DNA of 63,017 nt, filler included, from Collodictyon triciliatum (Eukaryota): the NCBI GenBank assembly GCA_043381765.1. It is 10 parts of 10 records of this genome, joined end to end, with 100 filler letters (N's around TTAATTAATTAA, not from the genome) between each part and the next. Parts side by side here need not be neighbours in the genome. Positions count along the whole stretch, not along the records: positions 56,901 to 59,316 come from JBHJMP010003691.1; positions 59,417 to 61,154 come from JBHJMP010003693.1; positions 61,255 to 63,017 come from JBHJMP010003723.1; 7 more parts are not named here. One strand, written 5' to 3'. Position 1 is the stretch's first letter, and each line of letters starts with the position of its first letter. The notes under the pieces were generated by a model that worked only from the letters and a program-made list of their open reading frames with translations, was not told where the DNA came from and did not search any database. The position numbers were made by a program, and so were the translations under genes. Below, piece after piece: positions 57,046 to 63,017 of the stretch.

Positions 57046-59033
57046 CTGTTCCTCACTCAGACGAGCCGGAGGAGATGCGCGCAACTTTGTGTCATGAAGG
57101 AAAGCAAATCCTTCCTTTACGGTGCCAGTTTCTGAGTCCGTCAACGACACTCTTTTTTATTTGATTAACGACTTATTGATAAGAAATAAAGCGATCCAAA
57201 AATATGAAGCACAATAGGGATTATCTGATTTCTATGTGATATTTAAAGTTTCAATTGAAATCATAGCCCTTCTATACACGAAAGATGGCGCATTAATGTA
57301 AAATAAACACCATTTGGCCTAATTAAAAAAAAAAATTGATTCTGATCCATTTCACAATCTTATGATGCATGTCATCATGGTATCGGAACAGGAATACATA
57401 CTTTTTTACTTGTCTGCTGACCAGGACTCTCAGTGAGTCGTCCCTCATACTAGAAGCCCATTCGCTACCCTTCAGCCTGCTGACCGTGTCCTCCAATGTG
57501 GCATATAATTTGGAGCCCTTTAATTAATATGCATAATAGATAGCTAGATTTAGTGCCACGTTTAAATGTAGGATACTGACATTTCATTCGAATAAAAGGG
57601 AAAATCACATATACGTTAATTCTCCCTTTTATTCAATTTAGAGAGAAAGTCAAGTTTGTGTGTATGCATAGCAGACTCATATAAATTTGAAAAGCTCTCA
57701 TCGGATAATGGTATTTTTGTCGAGCAAATACCTTCTGGATGTGCTCGAAGGCTTGAGACCTTTCGAGAATGCCTTTCCTTAGCTGGTGTGCAGCCTGTAC
57801 ACGTATCATTTTTTATGGATATGGATATTTTCATGAAGCATGCATATGTCATATCGAAATGATAGTAAATTGTGTATATAATCTGGTAGGGTTAGTAGCT
57901 CCTGATTCAATTGTTAGATCCAGGGACACTGTAGATGTGGATGGCTAAATTATTATTTTTTAACCTGGTTGGCTGGGAGAGTCGGGACGGGGCCAAGGAT
58001 GTCAATCATCACAAGTCGCTTGAGTGATTAGAATACGATGTTTAAAAGAACGGTTATTAATTAGATGTAAGCAACGGAAGAAAACTCTTGAATCTGTTCT
58101 GCTTTGAGATAAAAATGAATACATGAACTAATTCGGGAAAGGCGGCTGCAAGGAGCATTCCAACGTTTCCTCCCATACTGTGGCCTTCATATTTTGGTAG
58201 GGCATATGGTGATAAATATGGTCATTAATAACTTGGCAGTGGGTTTTGTACCCATCCATATGTAAATTTTAGGATGATAACAATACAAATAAGGCAGACA
58301 CCATTATGGTGAGATTTTTCAAAGGAAACAATATATTGTTATACTTCAAACCCAAAAGAGATCATTTTCAATTAGAGTAGAAATGTATAATACAGAAACC
58401 CCCATGCCTATGATGTCAAATTGAGTCCATTTCAAATGGTTTACCACGAATGCATGAACGTCACCGATATAATCAGTGAAGTAATAGAAGGAGCCTGAAA
58501 TTTTGTATGAAACCTGCTTAATATCACACATTTATAATTATCTTCAAACGCAAGTACATACCAGGGGGACGGTGAGAGCTCTTTCCATGACCCGGAAGGT
58601 CGATAGCAACAAACCGGGCTGTTGGGATACGCTTCGACAGAATAGGTGCAATTCGAAAGAAGGAAGCAGAGCTATCCATCCAACTATTGAATTATAACAA
58701 ACTGCTGTAATGGATTATGTCGGTTTTTTTTTCTTCATTTAAGGCACATAAAATAAAATGGAATGGAATGGAATAGACTCCAACAAATTAGGGGACGACT
58801 GAATCGGAATATCAACGCATGTGTGTTCTTGGTGAATGGGGAGGAATCGCACGGCACGAAACAGCGATTACTTGTATATTTTGACTCGGATATATTGTTT
58901 ATAAACTTTACCCATGAAGAAGAAGGATGTTACGCTCCGACTGTTCCGGTCCCCATTCACAAACAGCAATTTCCATGTCAGGATAAAGCATGCAGCTCCA
59001 TTCCTTTGGCACGGGTGGGAACAATTCACTCAT
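57046..59033 (-). CDS. SERHL-like alpha/beta hydrolase, 3' truncated
   Basis: ILLLHG|WIDSSASF, FVAIDLPGHGKSSHRP, nucleophile elbow GHSMGG and LVMID. Confidence 0.9.
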
Positions 59034-59113
59034 CGCTGGAATGATCAAAAAGTGGGATTGAAAGTCACCTTCGGTACTCTTGCATAGTTGCAGTTTTCTT
59101 TCAACCACGAGAT

Positions 59114-59167
59114 TTTTTTTTTTTTATTCTTCCTTTCAATTTTGTGCAGGATAGTGGAGATGTTGGC
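59114..59167 (-). mobile_element. Short retroposed element, family B (54 nt) with 14-bp TSD
   Basis: TSD TTCAACCACGAGAT at 59100-59113 and 59168-59181; the insert matches the 3' part of 35082-35172 including the poly(A). Confidence 0.9.
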
Positions 59168-59220
59168 TTCAACCACGAGATATCATCCACCGCTTTCACT
59201 TCAGCAACTTTTTCTTATTT

Positions 59221-59316
<96 letters not shown>

Positions 59317-59416
59317 NNNNNNNNNNNNNNNNNNNNNNNNNNNNNNNNNNNNNNNNNNNNTTAATTAATTAANNNNNNNNNNNNNNNNNNNNNNNNNNNN
59401 NNNNNNNNNNNNNNNN

Positions 59417-59509
<93 letters not shown>

Positions 59510-59512
59510 GAA

Positions 59513-61075
59513 ATGAGAGATGATATGATGAGTTTTTATTTCTATGATTTTCGATTCCTTTTGTCCCGAGAAGAACGCTTTCCGTTGGTTGGACTATCTC
59601 ATGTATTACCGTACATGGCGAAGCAAATGTTAACAGCTTATCATAATAACATTAAGGAACATTTTGTAAAGAGGTTACTGCGCTTTATAAATAAAACGGT
59701 CCCTAAAGATGAGAATATTACAGAAGCTATTAAAAAAGCAAAGTTACGAAAGTTGAAAAAAAAATTCATCTCCAAGAATATCGAAATACCAGAGCAATAT
59801 AAAGAATGGACTAAAATACATTTGAATCATATCATTCCCAGCGATATCGTAAATGTTATCGAATATGATGCTAAAGCCGATTCAAAAAAGTACATTCCAT
59901 CTCTGATTTACATGAATCGCATTTTTGAGGACATTTGACCAAAAACTGTTTCAACCAATCTCTATAAGAACTAACAATATACCATGTCATATTACTCTAG
60001 ATACTACATGTTTGATAGGTCTATTAGTATTATTTGAAAAATATTATTAATGAAGAACATATCAGGATGCAAAGAGACATATGGGATTATTTCTTTGAAA
60101 TGAAGAAGAGGGTCTTTCATCAAAGAGACTACAATTTCAAATACATGATATAAACAGACAACTTGGTGGTGTCATTATTGTTTGAAAAGAAAGATATTTC
60201 AAATCCAAAAATCAATTATATAATCAAAGCACCAATAATATCTTCATATAGATGAACTTTCCGAAGAGCAGTTATCTTTATTAGCGACAAAAAAAAAATA
60301 TAGTTGGAGTGGACGCAGGCAAGTTTAATTTTGTTTGCATGGTGGATGAGACAGGTAAGAAATTATGTTACACGGCACACCAAATAAGACATGATAACAA
60401 ATCTCTTTAAAGTCACAAAATACTCTTGCGCGAGAGAAAAGAGAAAAGTACAATGCTTCAGGGGTATGCATGGCAACAGGTTTACAAAGTGCTATTTCTT
60501 TTGGTCACATGACTGTTGAAGAGAATCGGCAGTTTGAGACATCAAGAGCATCTTTAATCGATTTTGAGACAGAACTGAGTAAACATTATTCATGCACGCT
60601 CGATTATGAACAATTTCGAAAATATATACCTATGAAATCAAGTTACCAGATAGAATTATCCAGATTTTATTAACACGTAACTTTTCGGAAGATGAGATGG
60701 AGACAGTATGTTGATACAAAAAGAATTGAACAATTGTTTATGGACCAAATCGAAAAGGCATTTGGCAAGGATGTTGTACTGGCTTATGGAGACTGGAGCA
60801 GAAAATCTCAGATGAAAAATTTTATGCCAATAATCGGAAGAGGATTACGAAAAATACTATCCAAACGTTTTGAAACAGTTAGTGTAGATGTATTTAGAAC
60901 CTCCAAGATGTGCTGTAACCACGAAAAAGAACTGGAATATATGAAACTGAGAGGAAATAGGAAAAAAGTGTATAGATGTCTCATGTGTAAAGAACACAAT
61001 CGCTCATAGAGTAAACAAAGTGTATTCTTGACAGGGGACTTTAACAGCGCCAAAAATATACTCAACAAAGTTCTT
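59513..61075 (+). pseudogene. Fanzor1 (eukaryotic TnpB-related RuvC RNA-guided endonuclease), decayed and 5'-truncated
   Basis: Ordered motifs across stops and frameshifts: MLTAYHNNIKEHF, KLFQPISIRTNNIPCHITLDT, YMI*TDNLVVSLLF, RuvC-I IVGVDAGK (D at 60312), FRKMRWRQY, LAYGDWS, RuvC-II VDVFRTSKMC, zinc-finger cysteines and RuvC-III GDFNSAKNIL (D at 61037). Confidence 0.9.
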
Positions 61076-61264
61076 TTAATCCTTCAAAAAAAATGCATGC
61101 ACCTCTTTTTTTTTTTTTTTTTATAATAAAAAAAAAAAACTAATAAACCTTTCCNNNNNNNNNNNNNNNNNNNNNNNNNNNNNNNNNNNNNNNNNNNNTT
61201 AATTAATTAANNNNNNNNNNNNNNNNNNNNNNNNNNNNNNNNNNNNNNNNNNNNTTTTTTCTAT

Positions 61265-61302
<38 letters not shown>

Positions 61303-61314
61303 TTATCTACCCAG

Positions 61315-61576
61315 AACCAACCGCACACAAATCCACGAACTACTGGCAGACACCCAAGAGAGTGGAGAGCTAGAGGTCGCCAAAGCTACAACCAAGCAAA
61401 GCGCATCCACATCGTTCCAACACTTTACCCAGATGACGTCCTCCCAGAAGAACGAAGCCGTGGCGAGTCTGAGCGAGTACTGCGACCTCAACCCCACAGA
61501 CAAGCCCATGAAGTTCTTACTGAACATCGTGAGCACACCGAACTACGACGGCATCACCGTACTGGATGATAAGTAA
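61315..61576 (+). CDS. Last exon of a probable class III adenylate/guanylate cyclase (C-terminal TPR-like tail)
   Basis: After a polypyrimidine tract and CAG: TQIHELL...AVASLSEYCDLNPTDKPMKFLL..PNYDGITVLDDK*, resembling the IYELL...PxDxP...WDGxxxLxxK tail of these cyclases. The catalytic domain is not in the window. Confidence 0.6.
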
Positions 61577-61756
61577 TGTCACCATCGGCCACCTCACATG
61601 CCTTCTTTGTGTCACAATACTTGGAAGGCTCTCGTTCAGAAAATCGACCGGAAGAGAGCCCCCTGTCCAAATTAGTCCCCTTGGGAAATGATGGAAAAAG
61701 AAGAAACTGGACAATAAATAAACAATTGAAACAAATAAAAAAAAAAAGAAAAGGAA

Positions 61757-61778
61757 CTTTGAATCGAATAAAGGAAAA
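61757..61778 (+). mobile_element. Family A micro-copy without a clear TSD
   Basis: Exact CTTTGAATCGAATAAAGGAAAA in A-rich intergenic DNA; only AAAAGAA is repeated on both sides. Confidence 0.6.
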
Positions 61779-61990
61779 GAAGTAGCCGCTCCTTATCACA
61801 ACGACGGCATACTCGACCATCAAATCAAAATACACAAGAACAGGGCGTTCTATCAACAGCCTGATATTGGTCTCCTATCTATGTTTCTCTTTGCGTATCT
61901 CCTGAGCTTTATTAGTCTCAGAATTCGTGTAGGTGCCTCGGTATTGGGCGGAAGCTGTCATGTGCTCAAGTTGCAGCCTGGCATCAACCT

Positions 61991-62920
61991 CTATCGCGGA
62001 GTCAGAGAACCCGGTTGATAGGACTGAATTCTGGGCGACGACACCTGGAATGGTGCTGCACTAGCAATACTTCTCACTACGGTGACATTCGATACGGATT
62101 TTGAAGTGGCTAAGCCTTGTTGTAATGGGCTCGATGGATAAGCAAACTAGGGATAAGTGTGTTTAAGAAGTAAGATAATATAATTATAATGGCTATTTGT
62201 TTAATTAATTAATTTCGTTAAAAAAATAAGAAAAATAAGAAAAATAAGAAAAGAATAAAAATAGGGCTTCCTATCGCCTCAGTAGGCAGATAAATTGCCT
62301 AAAAATGTTAAGATAGATGAAAACAACCACGGGGACTGATTTGATGTTTTGTTCTGTGTGCGATTAACCTGGTGATATCCAAGTGTCGGAGTTGCGGGCT
62401 GGCCTCTTGGGGATGGTGGCTGGTACTGGGGTGTTTGTTGGTAGGCACTATTATATTGCGGAACTGATAAAGAGCTGCTTGATGAAATTTTTGGTAGCTG
62501 CTGATGAGAGTGATGGTATCGACTCTGTGATGGAGTTTTCGATAGCTGTGAAGGTAGATTGGGCTGGTACGGATTAGCAGGACTATGCGGAGTCCCTAAA
62601 CCTGCCTCTAGACGGGCCGATGCTGGTCTCTGTGATCCGTACATCGGAGAATTGGGCGGATACAGGTTATGTTGGTGGGCGTGTCCTTCCATAGATGCAC
62701 TGGAGGAGCTTTGTTGTGAATGGGTCCTTGTGTGGCCAGATGCCGCAACTCGCTCCACACCGCGCGGTGTAAGCGGCTTCGGCTGGTAAGGCGATTCATC
62801 CCGGGGAGGATTGTGGTGTTGTGGTTGGGATATGGACCTTCCATGCCCTGATGATGCATAGTGTTCTATTCTGGGTGATGAAGTCGCCTGATGAAGTACA
62901 TACCGAGAGTGCGTTTCAGC

Positions 62921-63017
<97 letters not shown>
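61991..63017 (-). CDS. C-terminal part of a polyQ and S/P/Q-rich low-complexity protein (2 exons)
   Basis: (CAA)n polyQ runs in frame into an open exon ending at a donor near 62369; the last exon reads FAYPSSPLQQ...GSLTPR*. Confidence 0.65.

Noticed and set aside
57584-57604. TCATTCGAATAAAAGGGAAAA, resembling the family A tail
   Set aside because: Several mismatches and no TSD; may be chance in an AT-rich intron.

Overview
Fragmented, intron-rich eukaryotic (protist-like) DNA. The window is not contiguous: it joins about 10 unrelated scaffolds with nine artificial 100-nt N44-TTAATTAATTAA-N44 spacers, so adjacency across a spacer means nothing. Spliced host genes recognised by eye: a TPR protein, two convergent paralogous HMG-box genes, MBIP-like, PRCC-like, CCR4/CNOT6, a partial kinesin, a PH-like pseudokinase, ADI1, an intronless PPR-like protein, a CTDSP/PSR1 phosphatase, UAP1, acyl-CoA oxidase exon 1, Sec15/EXOC6, Rab18 (3' part), a SERHL-like hydrolase and the probable last exon of a class III nucleotide cyclase. 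Mobile content: a decayed Fanzor1 (eukaryotic TnpB-related RNA-guided nuclease) filling the 59.4-61.2 kb scaffold, a Helitron RepHel remnant beside a kinase pseudogene, L1/Tx1-like LINE fragments, and two families of short TSD-flanked retroposed tails. One family includes ~22-27-nt micro-insertions that all begin at the same base of a terminal hairpin. All calls come from manual translation and motif recognition; no database search was run, and exon boundaries are approximate.
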